From positions 1-64,000 of IMG/VR virus record IMGVR_UViG_3300027708_000030: a stretch of DNA of 64,000 nucleotides, one strand, 5' to 3'. The stretch comes from a virus. The number at the start of each line of letters is the position of its first letter. The first letter of the stretch is position 1. This document shows, in pieces, positions 45,867 through 55,134 of the stretch. The position numbers were made by a program, and so were the translations under genes. The notes below the pieces were generated by a model. It ran no database searches and was not told the origin of the DNA. It saw only the letters and a program-made list of their open reading frames with translations.

Positions 45867-46391
45867 ATGATTACATTATACTTAGACATGGATGGTGTGC
45901 TTTGCAACTTTGACAAGGCATATCGTGCTATTGACCCTGATAAAGCAGACCGAAAGAAGTTTCGTGAGGCAGTTTTCATGCATAAAATCTTTGAAGACTT
46001 AGAATTTATGCATGATGCTCATGTTTTGCTTGATTATGTTGCTAAACTCAAGGATATCAACATTGAAATTCTTACTTCAATGGGCACTTATGACGAATTA
46101 CAAGGTCATGAAGCAAAAACACAGAAGTTATACTGGTTACACAAGCATAACATTCCTTACAAAGCCAATTTTGTTCGAGCAAAACAAGAAAAAGCCAATT
46201 TTGCGCATGATAGATCAATTTTAGTTGATGATTCTACTGGTTGTATTAATCCGTTTAATGTTAAAGGTGGTCATGGTATTCTCCACACAAAATCTTCTGA
46301 TTCTATTCAACAAATTCATGATGTGATTCGTGGAATCAACGGATTACATGCATTAAAATTTGGTTTTGACTCAATGGGATCTTATGCTTGA
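45867..46391 (+). CDS. HAD-family 5'(3')-deoxyribonucleotidase-like
   Basis: YLDMDGVLCNF, ILTS, ILVDD. Confidence 0.85.
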   Translation: MITLYLDMDGVLCNFDKAYRAIDPDKADRKKFREAVFMHKIFEDLEFMHDAHVLLDYVAKLKDINIEILTSMGTYDELQGHEAKTQKLYWLHKHNIPYKANFVRAKQEKANFAHDRSILVDDSTGCINPFNVKGGHGILHTKSSDSIQQIHDVIRGINGLHALKFGFDSMGSYA

Positions 46392-46674
46392 TATTTTTGG
46401 ACCAACTTTACAATGGATACGTGATGACTACTCTTCTAATCGACTTCGCTTTTTTGTTGAGCTCTGCGCTTGGGCTGTTAGTATTGGCTGTAGTATCACA
46501 ATGGCAGTCACAGTCCCTAATCCTCCTCTTATTCTATTATACCCTGTCTGGATTAGTGGTTGTGCTATGTATGCTTGGGCTAGTTGGACTAGGAAATCAT
46601 TTGGCATGCTTGCTAACTACATCTTGCTTACTTCCATAGATACATTTGGTTTAATAAGGATGCTTACTCAGTGA
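46384..46674 (+). CDS. small multi-TM membrane protein
   Basis: Three hydrophobic segments. Confidence 0.65.
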   Translation: MLDIFGPTLQWIRDDYSSNRLRFFVELCAWAVSIGCSITMAVTVPNPPLILLYPVWISGCAMYAWASWTRKSFGMLANYILLTSIDTFGLIRMLTQ

Positions 46675-47282
46675 ATATATTTTATCTTCACGAAGATACT
46701 AAAGAATGCGCAAAACAACATCTTGACAAACATGTCGTTAAGATGATTCTAGAATACGCACAACTTTTGTCTACTGCTCATCGTCTTCTTGACGGATATG
46801 AGTATGAAGGTAAGTCTATTTCTGGTCGCAAAGCAATGCGATGGAAATTAGATGATGAACGTGAAGATAATTTATATCTTGCGTCACATATGAAACATCC
46901 ATCAGGCATCTGGTGTCGTGAAACTTCTCGCAACTATATGTGGTTGTACTCTTTGTGGCGAGATCTCATGAAAGAATATACTTTCCGCTATGGCAAACAC
47001 CATGTTGCTGAAAGATTAATTCCTTTTCTTGATACTTTACCAACAAACATAAAATTTGATGGTATGACTCCAATGCCACAGTGTATGCCTGAAGATTATA
47101 AAGTTCCGACTGATTCTATACAAGCATATCACAATTATTACATTAATGACAAACAACCATTTGCTGTTTGGACAAATAGACCAATCCCAGAGTGGTATGT
47201 TTGTGAGTGGAAAGATAGAAATCACAAAGCAGTGTATCAAAAACAAAACGATAAAATAAAATTTAGAATGGTTCCCGCATAA
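46671..47282 (+). CDS. pyrimidine-dimer DNA glycosylase family protein (DenV-related)
   Basis: MNIFYL...DKHVVKMILEYAQLLSTAH...HP...W...EYTFRYGK.H. Confidence 0.8.
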   Translation: MNIFYLHEDTKECAKQHLDKHVVKMILEYAQLLSTAHRLLDGYEYEGKSISGRKAMRWKLDDEREDNLYLASHMKHPSGIWCRETSRNYMWLYSLWRDLMKEYTFRYGKHHVAERLIPFLDTLPTNIKFDGMTPMPQCMPEDYKVPTDSIQAYHNYYINDKQPFAVWTNRPIPEWYVCEWKDRNHKAVYQKQNDKIKFRMVPA

Positions 47283-47929
47283 TGAGTTTAAATACATTTA
47301 ATAATTACGGATTTATTGAACATATCTTTACTGATAAAGAATTACAACCAATTCGTGATGAAATTGATGAAATTCAAGCAGACTTTGACATGCATCAACC
47401 ACAGCAATGGAATACTCGTCTCAGTGGCAACCTAAAAAGAGAATTTGCACTGCCAAAATCAATGAAACATGCAGAAACACTAATTTTACCACAAGTTGAA
47501 GAGTATGTTGAGTTTTTCAACTTTCTTAAAGACTCATTTCTCACAAGAGACGAAGTAGAGTTTAGTTTGAACTCACTTTGGGTGAATTTTCAAGCAAAAA
47601 ATGAGTTTAACCCACTTCATAATCATGATGGGTTCATGTCTTTCGTTATCTACACGAAAGTTCCATTTAAAATGAGAGATGAGTTGGCTGCATCTCCAGG
47701 AATTAACTCAAATAACAATGTTCCAGGTCATTTCCAGTTTTCTTACACTGGAATTCTTGGTGGCATCAGTAATCACTATGTTCCTGTTGATGAAAGTTAC
47801 GAAAACACCATGATGTTGTTCCCTTCCAAGTTAATGCACTGTGTTTATCCATTTTTTACCTCTGACGAATACAGAATTTCCGTTGCTGGCAATGTTTACT
47901 GTAATAGAAAGAATTCCGCCACTAAATAG
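47282..47929 (+). CDS. 2OG-Fe(II) oxygenase
   Basis: WVNFQ...NPLHNHDG...FPS.L.H.VYPF...RISVAGN. Confidence 0.85.
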   Translation: MSLNTFNNYGFIEHIFTDKELQPIRDEIDEIQADFDMHQPQQWNTRLSGNLKREFALPKSMKHAETLILPQVEEYVEFFNFLKDSFLTRDEVEFSLNSLWVNFQAKNEFNPLHNHDGFMSFVIYTKVPFKMRDELAASPGINSNNNVPGHFQFSYTGILGGISNHYVPVDESYENTMMLFPSKLMHCVYPFFTSDEYRISVAGNVYCNRKNSATK

Positions 47930-47946
47930 AGTTGTGAGGAGACATT

Positions 47947-48189
47947 ATGCCAACATATAGTTTTAGAAATAGAGAAACAGGCGAAATTCATGATGAGATC
48001 ATGCGCATTGCTGCTCGTGATCAATATCTACTAGACAATCCCCATTTGGAATCTATTATTACAAGTGCACCTGCATTTGCTGGGGATCATATCACCATTA
48101 AAAAAGATACAGGTTTTAAGGAGGTGCTACAAAGAATCCATTCTCTAACTCCAGGAAGTCAATTAGATAAAACATCATCCCAAATTTAA
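47947..48189 (+). CDS. FmdB-like small protein (Cys-less variant)
   Basis: MPTYSFRNRETGE...GFKEVL.RI; late promoter CTAAATA near 47922. Confidence 0.65.
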   Translation: MPTYSFRNRETGEIHDEIMRIAARDQYLLDNPHLESIITSAPAFAGDHITIKKDTGFKEVLQRIHSLTPGSQLDKTSSQI

Positions 48190-48198
48190 GGAATTTCA

Positions 48199-48966
48199 AT
48201 GGCTCGTGCATCAGCTGCTAAAAAAGTAATAGACATCAATAATAATGAAGAGCGTGAAACGAAACCAATTGCCAGTAATCAATTAAGAATCCGATTAGAC
48301 AACTTAAAGACATTCCAACCATTAACAGACAATCAGAAGAAATTCTTTGACGCATACAAGCGTGGTGATTATTTTGTGGCACTTCATGGTGTCGCTGGAA
48401 CAGGTAAAACATTCATTGCTCTTTATAAAGCAATCGAAGAAGTCCTTGATAAAGCAAATCCATTCAATAAGATTATTGTAGTTCGTTCTGCAGTTCAATC
48501 TCGTGAGATTGGTCATCTTCCAGGAGATGTAAATGAGAAAATGGAAATCTATCAACAACCATATCGTCAAATCTGCGAGACACTATTCGGTCGCAAAGAC
48601 GCATGGGATAGATTAGAAGAACAGCACCACATTGAGTTTATCTCTACCTCATTTATTCGTGGTATGTCTTTTGATAATGCAATCATTATCGTGGACGAGA
48701 TGCAAAACTTGACCTTTGAAGAAATCGACACAGTTATGACTCGTGTTGGTCATATGTCAAAGATTATCTGGTGTGGAGATTACCGTCAGACTGACCTAAA
48801 TAAGAAAAAGAACGATATGTCTGGTATTCTAAAATTCTTTGATATTGCCATGCATATGGGTGCTTTCACTAAGATTGAATTCACTCCTGATGACATCGTT
48901 CGATCGTCTTTGGTTAAAGATTATATCCTTGCCAAACTAAAAATAGAAGACATGGAGAACAAATGA
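48199..48966 (+). CDS. phoH: PhoH family ATPase
   Basis: GVAGTGKT, IGHLPG, FIRGMSF, VDEMQN, GDYRQTDL, DIVRS. Confidence 0.93.
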   Translation: MARASAAKKVIDINNNEERETKPIASNQLRIRLDNLKTFQPLTDNQKKFFDAYKRGDYFVALHGVAGTGKTFIALYKAIEEVLDKANPFNKIIVVRSAVQSREIGHLPGDVNEKMEIYQQPYRQICETLFGRKDAWDRLEEQHHIEFISTSFIRGMSFDNAIIIVDEMQNLTFEEIDTVMTRVGHMSKIIWCGDYRQTDLNKKKNDMSGILKFFDIAMHMGAFTKIEFTPDDIVRSSLVKDYILAKLKIEDMENK

Positions 48967-49583
48967 TTACAGCAGAACAATTTGCACACTTATTTCCAAG
49001 AGCACAAGACCCAGCGTCTTGGGCAGAGTCAATGAACAACGTATTTCCTACATATGAGATTGATACACCACATCGTGTTGCAGCATTCCTTGCACAGTGT
49101 GGTCATGAGTCAGGTGGTTGGACAGTATTCGAAGAAAACCTAAACTATTCCGCACAAGGATTGAATGGTATCTTTAAGAAGTATTTTCCTACAATCGAAT
49201 CAGCTACTCCGTATGCTCGCAAGCCAGAGTTGATTGCCAACAAGATTTATGCAAATCGTATGGGTAATGGTACACCAGAAAGTGGTGATGGATATAAGTA
49301 TCGTGGTCGTGGACCAATTCAGCTGACTGGAAAAGATAACTACAGAGCATTTGCCAAGGATATGTTTGACGACTGGGAAAATCTATTTGAGAATCCAGAC
49401 TGGGTTACATCGGATCGTGACTTTGCTCTTATGTCAGCAATTTGGTTCTGGAATAAAAACAAGTTGAATGTTCAGGCAGATGCTGGTGACATTAAACTAA
49501 TGACTAAAAAGATTAATGGTGGTTACATCGGCTTGGAAGATCGTATCAAACACTACAATGAAGCAATACACTTACTTGTATAA
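48963..49583 (+). CDS. glycoside hydrolase family 19 endolysin
   Basis: FLAQCGHESGG, ENLNYS, YRGRGPIQLTGKDNY, INGG..GL.DR. Confidence 0.92.
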   Translation: MITAEQFAHLFPRAQDPASWAESMNNVFPTYEIDTPHRVAAFLAQCGHESGGWTVFEENLNYSAQGLNGIFKKYFPTIESATPYARKPELIANKIYANRMGNGTPESGDGYKYRGRGPIQLTGKDNYRAFAKDMFDDWENLFENPDWVTSDRDFALMSAIWFWNKNKLNVQADAGDIKLMTKKINGGYIGLEDRIKHYNEAIHLLV

Positions 49584-49597
49584 CTAGGAGAAATAAA

Positions 49598-49714
49598 ATG
49601 TTAGACACTCTATTTTGGATAGCACTTGGTGCATTTGTTGGTTGGAATTTTCCACAACCTTTCTGGGCAAAAATTATTCAAGAAAAAATTCAATCGATGA
49701 TTGCTAAAAAGTAA
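49598..49714 (+). CDS. small membrane peptide (not in ORF track)
   Basis: MLDTLFWIALGAFVGWNFPQPFWAK...; SD AGGAG. Confidence 0.6.
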   Translation: MLDTLFWIALGAFVGWNFPQPFWAKIIQEKIQSMIAKK

Positions 49715-50097
49715 TGGCTTATTCCGATAAAGTTATCGACCACTATGAGAATCCACGTAATGTGGGTTCTTTGGATAAAAACGATCCATCGGTTGGTACT
49801 GGAATGGTTGGTGCACCTGCGTGTGGTGACGTGATGAAGTTGCAGATTAAAGTTGAAGATGGAATTATTACCGATGCAAAATTCAAAACATATGGATGTG
49901 GATCTGCTATTGCAAGTTCCTCTCTTGTTACCGAATGGGTTAAAGGCAAGACATTGGAGCAAGCAGCAGTTATTAAAAATTCAGACATTGCTCAAGAACT
50001 CGCATTGCCCCCAGTCAAAATCCATTGTAGCATCCTTGCTGAAGATGCCATCAAAGCAGCAATAAACGACTATCAACTAAAGTGTGCGTGCGTATGA
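49714..50097 (+). CDS. iscU: Fe-S cluster scaffold IscU
   Basis: [47 protein letters not shown]. Confidence 0.97.
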   Translation: MAYSDKVIDHYENPRNVGSLDKNDPSVGTGMVGAPACGDVMKLQIKVEDGIITDAKFKTYGCGSAIASSSLVTEWVKGKTLEQAAVIKNSDIAQELALPPVKIHCSILAEDAIKAAINDYQLKCACV

Positions 50098-50405
50098 TTA
50101 CCGTAACAGAATCCGCAAAGAAACAACTCGATGAGATCCTAATGGATGATGTATCGATGAAATATGTAAGAGCATTCATCACTGGTGGTGGTTGCTCTGG
50201 TTTTAATTATGGGTTTACACTTGAAGCAGATAAAGAAGAAGATGACTTCGTTATTGACAATCTTGTAGTTGATGCCATGAGTATGCAGTATTTTGACAAC
50301 GCTACTATAGATTTTACTAGTGATAAATTAAAAGGATCTCAATTTGTTATATCAAACCCAAACGCAAAATCAACCTGTGGATGTGGAAGCAGTTTCTCAG
50401 TCTAA
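50094..50405 (+). CDS. A-type Fe-S carrier (ErpA/IscA)
   Basis: GGGCSGFNY...[15 protein letters not shown]. Confidence 0.93.
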   Translation: MITVTESAKKQLDEILMDDVSMKYVRAFITGGGCSGFNYGFTLEADKEEDDFVIDNLVVDAMSMQYFDNATIDFTSDKLKGSQFVISNPNAKSTCGCGSSFSV

Positions 50406-50406
50406 A

Positions 50407-51060
50407 GTGAAAACATTTATACATCATGATTTCGGCAAACTTGAACGTGACACAAAACCCGATGGTACAAGGTTATATAAAACCCCATCGGGTAAATCCT
50501 ATCCCTCCGTTACGACAGTTACAGGATTGCACTCAGCAAAGGGAATCCTGGAGTGGCGAAAAAGAGTCGGAGAAGCAGAAGCAAACCGAGTCTCCGCAAA
50601 AGCCAGTTCCAGAGGTACAAGAATCCATCAACACTGTGAAGACTTTCTCCTTGGAGAGCATGTTGAGCCAGATATGTTTGATGCAGAGATGTTCAACTCA
50701 ATCCGACCACTCCTCGACCAAATCGACAACATCCACTGCTTGGAGACTCCACTATGGTCTGACCATTTACAAGTCGCAGGAACAGTTGACTGTATCGCAG
50801 AGTTCCAAGGTAAACTTTCGGTTATAGATTTTAAGACATCTAGTAAACCAAAAGATAGAGATGATATCCATAACTACTTTATGCAGACTGCAGCATATGC
50901 AGTAGCATTTGAAGAACGAACTGGTATTCCTATTGGAAGACTTGTAATTATTATGGCAGTTGATAGTGACGATCCAAGATGGTTTATCGAGAAACGAGAC
51001 AATTGGATTGGTGGTTTTAAAAAACTGCGATTAGACTATAAGAATTTAAAAAACATTTGA
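50407..51060 (+). CDS. PD-(D/E)XK exonuclease (T4-like exonuclease A/Cas4-like)
   Basis: YPSVTTV, RGTRIH, AGTVDCIAE, IDFKTS, YFMQ.AAY. Confidence 0.88.
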   Translation: MKTFIHHDFGKLERDTKPDGTRLYKTPSGKSYPSVTTVTGLHSAKGILEWRKRVGEAEANRVSAKASSRGTRIHQHCEDFLLGEHVEPDMFDAEMFNSIRPLLDQIDNIHCLETPLWSDHLQVAGTVDCIAEFQGKLSVIDFKTSSKPKDRDDIHNYFMQTAAYAVAFEERTGIPIGRLVIIMAVDSDDPRWFIEKRDNWIGGFKKLRLDYKNLKNI

Positions 51061-51090
51061 CTTGTAACTAAATACAAGGTATAATGTAGG

Positions 51091-51382
51091 TTATTGCTGT
51101 ATGAAGCAAAGAGAAAAGTGTTCTGGACGGGAGTTCGATTCTCCCCACCTCCACCAGAAGTGCATGTGTTAGATGAAAGAAACCATTTTATGGGCTCTAA
51201 TGGGTGTACTTCTGATGGGGGTGACTAGGTTTCGACAGGGCAACAAGTACACAAGTGGACAGCACGACACAGAGAGTCGTAAAAAGTAAAAAACCGTAAA
51301 CGCAAACGACGCACAGTTCGCATTAGCAGCCTAAACACTGCTTAGGGTTTCGATAGGTTTCCTCGTAACAGAATAACCTATC
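51091..51382 (+). ncRNA. ssrA: circularly permuted two-piece tmRNA
   Basis: Acceptor piece ending GGGAG-TTCGATT-CTCCC-CACCTCC-A-CCA (51156) precedes the coding piece starting GGGGGTG (51217), giving G3:U70. Tag ORF 51302-51334 = ANDAQFALAA*. Promoter at 51057-51085. Confidence 0.92.
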
Positions 51383-51406
51383 ACATTATTTTAAAAAGGG
51401 AATTAC

Positions 51407-51850
51407 ATGAAAAAAGTTATTTTAGTAACAGCATTAATGGCATCGATGGGTGCACAAGCAGTTGAACTAGGTATTAATGCAAGTCGTGATACTGCCAATA
51501 CAGATCGTACTGGTTATGGTATTACAATTGGACAGAAGTATGACAAAGTAGGCATTACAGCTGGCTTTGATCAATACAAATCTGGAATTGATATGAACAA
51601 GTATAGTTTAGTTGCTTCTTATGATGTTACCAAAGTTGGTGCAGCAACCATTGCAGTTAAGGGTGGAGTTGCCTACTTAGATCAAAAGAATACAACTGAT
51701 GGCTATGCAGCATTAGTTGGTGCAGGTGTTTCTTATCCACTAAGCAAACAAGTTGCTCTTACTGCTGATTATCGTTATCAAGCAGGACAATCTAAAGTTA
51801 GTTCTTTAGATGGTAGCACTATCATTGCTGGTTTGAAATATTCATTCTAA
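51407..51850 (+). CDS. outer-membrane beta-barrel protein (8-stranded OmpA-TM/OmpX-like)
   Basis: Signal peptide AQA/V, alternating strands, C-terminal AGLKYSF BAM signal. Confidence 0.85.
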   Translation: MKKVILVTALMASMGAQAVELGINASRDTANTDRTGYGITIGQKYDKVGITAGFDQYKSGIDMNKYSLVASYDVTKVGAATIAVKGGVAYLDQKNTTDGYAALVGAGVSYPLSKQVALTADYRYQAGQSKVSSLDGSTIIAGLKYSF

Positions 51851-52113
51851 TGAACATTTTGCCATTAAAGACGCAAGTATTGGTCGCTGAGAATAAAAAA
51901 GATGACACAACTGAGTCTGGCATTATTATTGAGGGTACTCGTGGTACTGGCATGACAGCCAAAGCCACAGTACTCGCAATTGGTCCAGATGTGACTGATG
52001 TTAAAATCGATGATGTTGTTTTGTTGGATTGGTCAAAGGCATCTCCAGTAAAAATTGGTGATGTGCAGAGAGCGATGATTAAAGAAGAATTTATCATCGC
52101 AGTGTTTGAATAA
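51850..52113 (+). CDS. GroES-like co-chaperonin
   Basis: ILPL...TTESGIII...VLAIGPDV...IKEEFIIAV. Confidence 0.88.
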   Translation: MNILPLKTQVLVAENKKDDTTESGIIIEGTRGTGMTAKATVLAIGPDVTDVKIDDVVLLDWSKASPVKIGDVQRAMIKEEFIIAVFE

Positions 52114-52205
52114 GTCGAAGCTGGATGCAAGACCCTCTATACCTATTGTATAGATCTGGATTGCTTAAGGATGACGAAGTGGTAGTTTAATTTAAGGAGA
52201 TTTCT

Positions 52206-52415
52206 ATGAAATCATTGATCGCAGTAGTATTGTTAGCATTTACAGCGTCTATCTTTGCAGCAGAGCCAGCAAAGAAAGAAGAAAAGAAAGTAGAAGCAAA
52301 TTGCGTAACTAAAGATAAAAAAGGAAATTGTCCTCCTCCACCAAAAGGTGAAAAACCTACTCCTAAAAAAGTAGAGAAGAAGGATGACAAAAAAGCTGAA
52401 CCAGCAAAGAAATAA
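52206..52415 (+). CDS. small secreted Lys-rich protein
   Basis: Signal peptide; C-x9-C; SD AAGGAG. Confidence 0.65.
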   Translation: MKSLIAVVLLAFTASIFAAEPAKKEEKKVEANCVTKDKKGNCPPPPKGEKPTPKKVEKKDDKKAEPAKK

Positions 52416-52493
52416 TTCCTAAATAATTATACAGTGGGTTGATGGAACCCAATAAAACCATCATTACACAAACACAACACAAAGGAGTATTTT

Positions 52494-52769
52494 ATGTCAA
52501 ATATGACACCATTCGAAATCCGTCTTGAACTACTAAAAATGGCAAAAGACATGTTAAACGATGATTATTATGGTAAGCGTGAGGTTATTAGCAATAGTTG
52601 GCATGCCAAACTAGAAATTGCTAAAATCAATGGTGGAGAGTTACCTGAACATCCAGGATTCCCAACTTATCCATCAGAAGCGGAAATCATTGCAAAGGCT
52701 CAGACCCTAAATGGTTTTGTTTCAAACATCCCACTAGATACAAAGACTATTAGCAAAAAGTCCACCTGA
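52494..52769 (+). CDS. conserved phage hypothetical protein
   Basis: TPFEIRLELLKMAKDML...YPSEAEII.KA..LNGFVS. Confidence 0.75.
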   Translation: MSNMTPFEIRLELLKMAKDMLNDDYYGKREVISNSWHAKLEIAKINGGELPEHPGFPTYPSEAEIIAKAQTLNGFVSNIPLDTKTISKKST

Positions 52770-52831
52770 TAGGGAATTGGATTGTAGGGTTCACACACTC
52801 TGCAATCCTTAACTGTTTTAAGGAGATCAAT

Positions 52832-53341
52832 ATGCATAAACGATTATACAGTTTAGCAGCAATATTTTTAATAAGCATAACATTATTACTATGCACAGGT
52901 TTTTCAAAAGAAAAGATTATCGGTGTAACATATACACAACTGACACCAGAAGCCAGAACGCAAGTTGACTGTTTGGCAGAAAACATTTATTATGAAGCAG
53001 GATTTGAACCACGAGACGGAAAGATCGCTGTTGCAATGGTAACATTGAACAGAGTGCAAGATCCACAATTTCCAAAAGATATTTGCTCTGTAGTGAAACA
53101 AAAGGTAAAATCAACCTGTCAGTTCACTTGGTTCTGTGAGCACAAAACAATACAGAACAATTCAGTATACATGCAAGCAAGAGATATTGCATTGCTGGTG
53201 TATGCTAACTATGAAAAGATGCACGACATGACAGAAGGTGCATTATTTTATCATGCGGATTATGTTAATCCACGATGGAAACTTGAACGAACTGCAGTAA
53301 TCGGCAGACATATTTTTTATAAACAGAGAGATGGTATTTAA
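52832..53341 (+). CDS. cell wall hydrolase (SleB/Hydrolase_2)
   Basis: CLAENIYYEA...AVA.VTLNRV...CQFTW...GALFYHADYV.P.W...IGRHIFY. Confidence 0.92.
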   Translation: MHKRLYSLAAIFLISITLLLCTGFSKEKIIGVTYTQLTPEARTQVDCLAENIYYEAGFEPRDGKIAVAMVTLNRVQDPQFPKDICSVVKQKVKSTCQFTWFCEHKTIQNNSVYMQARDIALLVYANYEKMHDMTEGALFYHADYVNPRWKLERTAVIGRHIFYKQRDGI

Positions 53342-53342
53342 T

Positions 53343-53906
53343 ATGATGAACAAACTGAACATTCAACTTAAAGATAGCGGAGACGATTCAGCACACTCGT
53401 TTTATCTCCTTATGGAAGAAATATCATTACAGTCTGCAAAGACTTTAGTTGAATGGATCTTTGAAGCAAACTTTACTGAAGAACGACCAGATTTACTCAA
53501 TCTGATTATCTGTTCTCCAGGTGGTGACTTGAACGCTGCATTTGCAGTTATCGATACTATGAGAGGTTCAGCAATCCCTATTCGCACAATTGGTTTAGGA
53601 CAAATTGCTTCGGCAGGATTAATGATCTTTCTTGCTGGTGACAAAGGGCATCGTATTCTCACACCGAATACTTCTATACTCTCCCATCAATACACTTGGG
53701 GTGCTTTTGGTAAAGAACACGAATTATTCGCAACGGTAAAAGAGTTTGACTTAACGACTAAAAAAATGATCACTCATTATAAAAAGTCTACTGGTCTTGC
53801 TGAATCAAAAATCAGAGAGGTATTATTACCACCTCAAGATATTTGGCTCAGTCCTCTTGAAGCCAAAAAATTAGGACTATGCGATGAAGTTAAAGAACTT
53901 TCTTGA
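53343..53906 (+). CDS. clpP: ClpP-like serine protease
   Basis: ICSPGG, IASAG (catalytic Ser), ILSHQ, D.WLSP.EAKKLGLCD. Confidence 0.88.
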   Translation: MMNKLNIQLKDSGDDSAHSFYLLMEEISLQSAKTLVEWIFEANFTEERPDLLNLIICSPGGDLNAAFAVIDTMRGSAIPIRTIGLGQIASAGLMIFLAGDKGHRILTPNTSILSHQYTWGAFGKEHELFATVKEFDLTTKKMITHYKKSTGLAESKIREVLLPPQDIWLSPLEAKKLGLCDEVKELS

Positions 53907-54075
53907 TTATGTAAAATTTTCTGGAATCTGGATAGGGTTTGTTTTGAATCCTTACCACTGGGAATTTCGAGTAGAAAAAACTGGACCAACTGATACAGAT
54001 CCAAACGGATATCTGGCATCTGTTTATTTTGGACCATTTTGGATTAGGGCTGTCTTAGATGATGGATCTTGGTAA
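53884..54075 (+). CDS. hypothetical protein
   Basis: LNPYHW...LDDGSW. Confidence 0.55.
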   Translation: MKLKNFLDYVKFSGIWIGFVLNPYHWEFRVEKTGPTDTDPNGYLASVYFGPFWIRAVLDDGSW

Positions 54076-54091
54076 ATTAAAGGGGATAATT

Positions 54092-54328
54092 ATGAATGAT
54101 AATGTTTTTGTTAGTTGTGTTACTCTTGCAATTGTAACACTTATTTGCTCTATTACTTTCTATCAGTATAGTGAGTTGAAATCAGTTGAGAGAAATGTAG
54201 AATCAGCGATTGTAAAAGGAATTGATCCTGTTGCAGTTCGCTGTGCCTATGCAACCCAATCAGATATGGTTTGTGTAGCATACGGATCGTCTCATCAAGG
54301 GTTTTCTACCCCAAAATCCTCTAAGTAA
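54092..54328 (+). CDS. small membrane protein
   Basis: TM followed by KGIDPVAVRCAY. Confidence 0.6.
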   Translation: MNDNVFVSCVTLAIVTLICSITFYQYSELKSVERNVESAIVKGIDPVAVRCAYATQSDMVCVAYGSSHQGFSTPKSSK

Positions 54329-54436
54329 GTAGTTACTTACTAAACCGATCCTCTAGGATACACGTGTTCTAGGGGGTTGTCTTTAATTCCGAATTAGCGT
54401 ATAATATCTCTATTATCGTTGAAAAGGAAGTTAAAA

Positions 54437-55132
54437 ATGGGTTTACTTACAGTTGGCAATCCAAAGTTGTTAAAGGGTCTGAAGAAGGGTTACTTATCTT
54501 CAGTGTTACACTTTGCACCTGCTGATTTATCAGGTAAAGAAGTGTGTCCTAAGCGAACAGCTGGATGTACACTTGCATGTTTGAACACTGCTGGTCGTGG
54601 TGGCATCTTCAAAAAAGGTGAATCCACTAATGTGATTCAGCAAGCACGAATTCGTAAGACCAAAGCATTCTTCGAAAATCGTCAAGCATTCCTCAATGAG
54701 TTGACTGTTGAGATTATCAAAACAAAAACCAAAGCAGAAAAACAAGGACTCATTCCAGTCTTTCGTTTGAATGGTACTTCAGATCTCGCATGGGAGAAAT
54801 ATGAAGTTGCAAATGGCAAGAACATTTTCCAAATGTTCCCAGAAGTGCAATTTTACGACTATACCAAAATCAACAATCGCAAAGTTGCACATATCCCTAA
54901 CTATCACCTGACTTTCTCCAAAGCAGATGGCAACGATATGGATGTTCGTATTGCATTGTCAAATGGTATGAATGTTGCAGCTGTATTTCACAAAGTGCCA
55001 GAAACATATCTCGGGCGACCAGTTATCAATGGCGACGAGACTGATCTTCGTTTCTTAGATCCAAAGGGTGTTATTGTTGGATTGAAAGCAAAGGGTAAAG
55101 CAAAGAAAGATACTACTGGTTTCGTGGTGTAA
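54437..55132 (+). CDS. GP88-like protein (Cys-rich, radical-SAM-related fold)
   Basis: CPKRTAGC..ACLNTAGRG, RLNGTSD, QFYDYTK, GDETDLRFLD; class A promoter at 54377-54405. Confidence 0.75.
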   Translation: MGLLTVGNPKLLKGLKKGYLSSVLHFAPADLSGKEVCPKRTAGCTLACLNTAGRGGIFKKGESTNVIQQARIRKTKAFFENRQAFLNELTVEIIKTKTKAEKQGLIPVFRLNGTSDLAWEKYEVANGKNIFQMFPEVQFYDYTKINNRKVAHIPNYHLTFSKADGNDMDVRIALSNGMNVAAVFHKVPETYLGRPVINGDETDLRFLDPKGVIVGLKAKGKAKKDTTGFVV

Positions 55133-55134
55133 TC

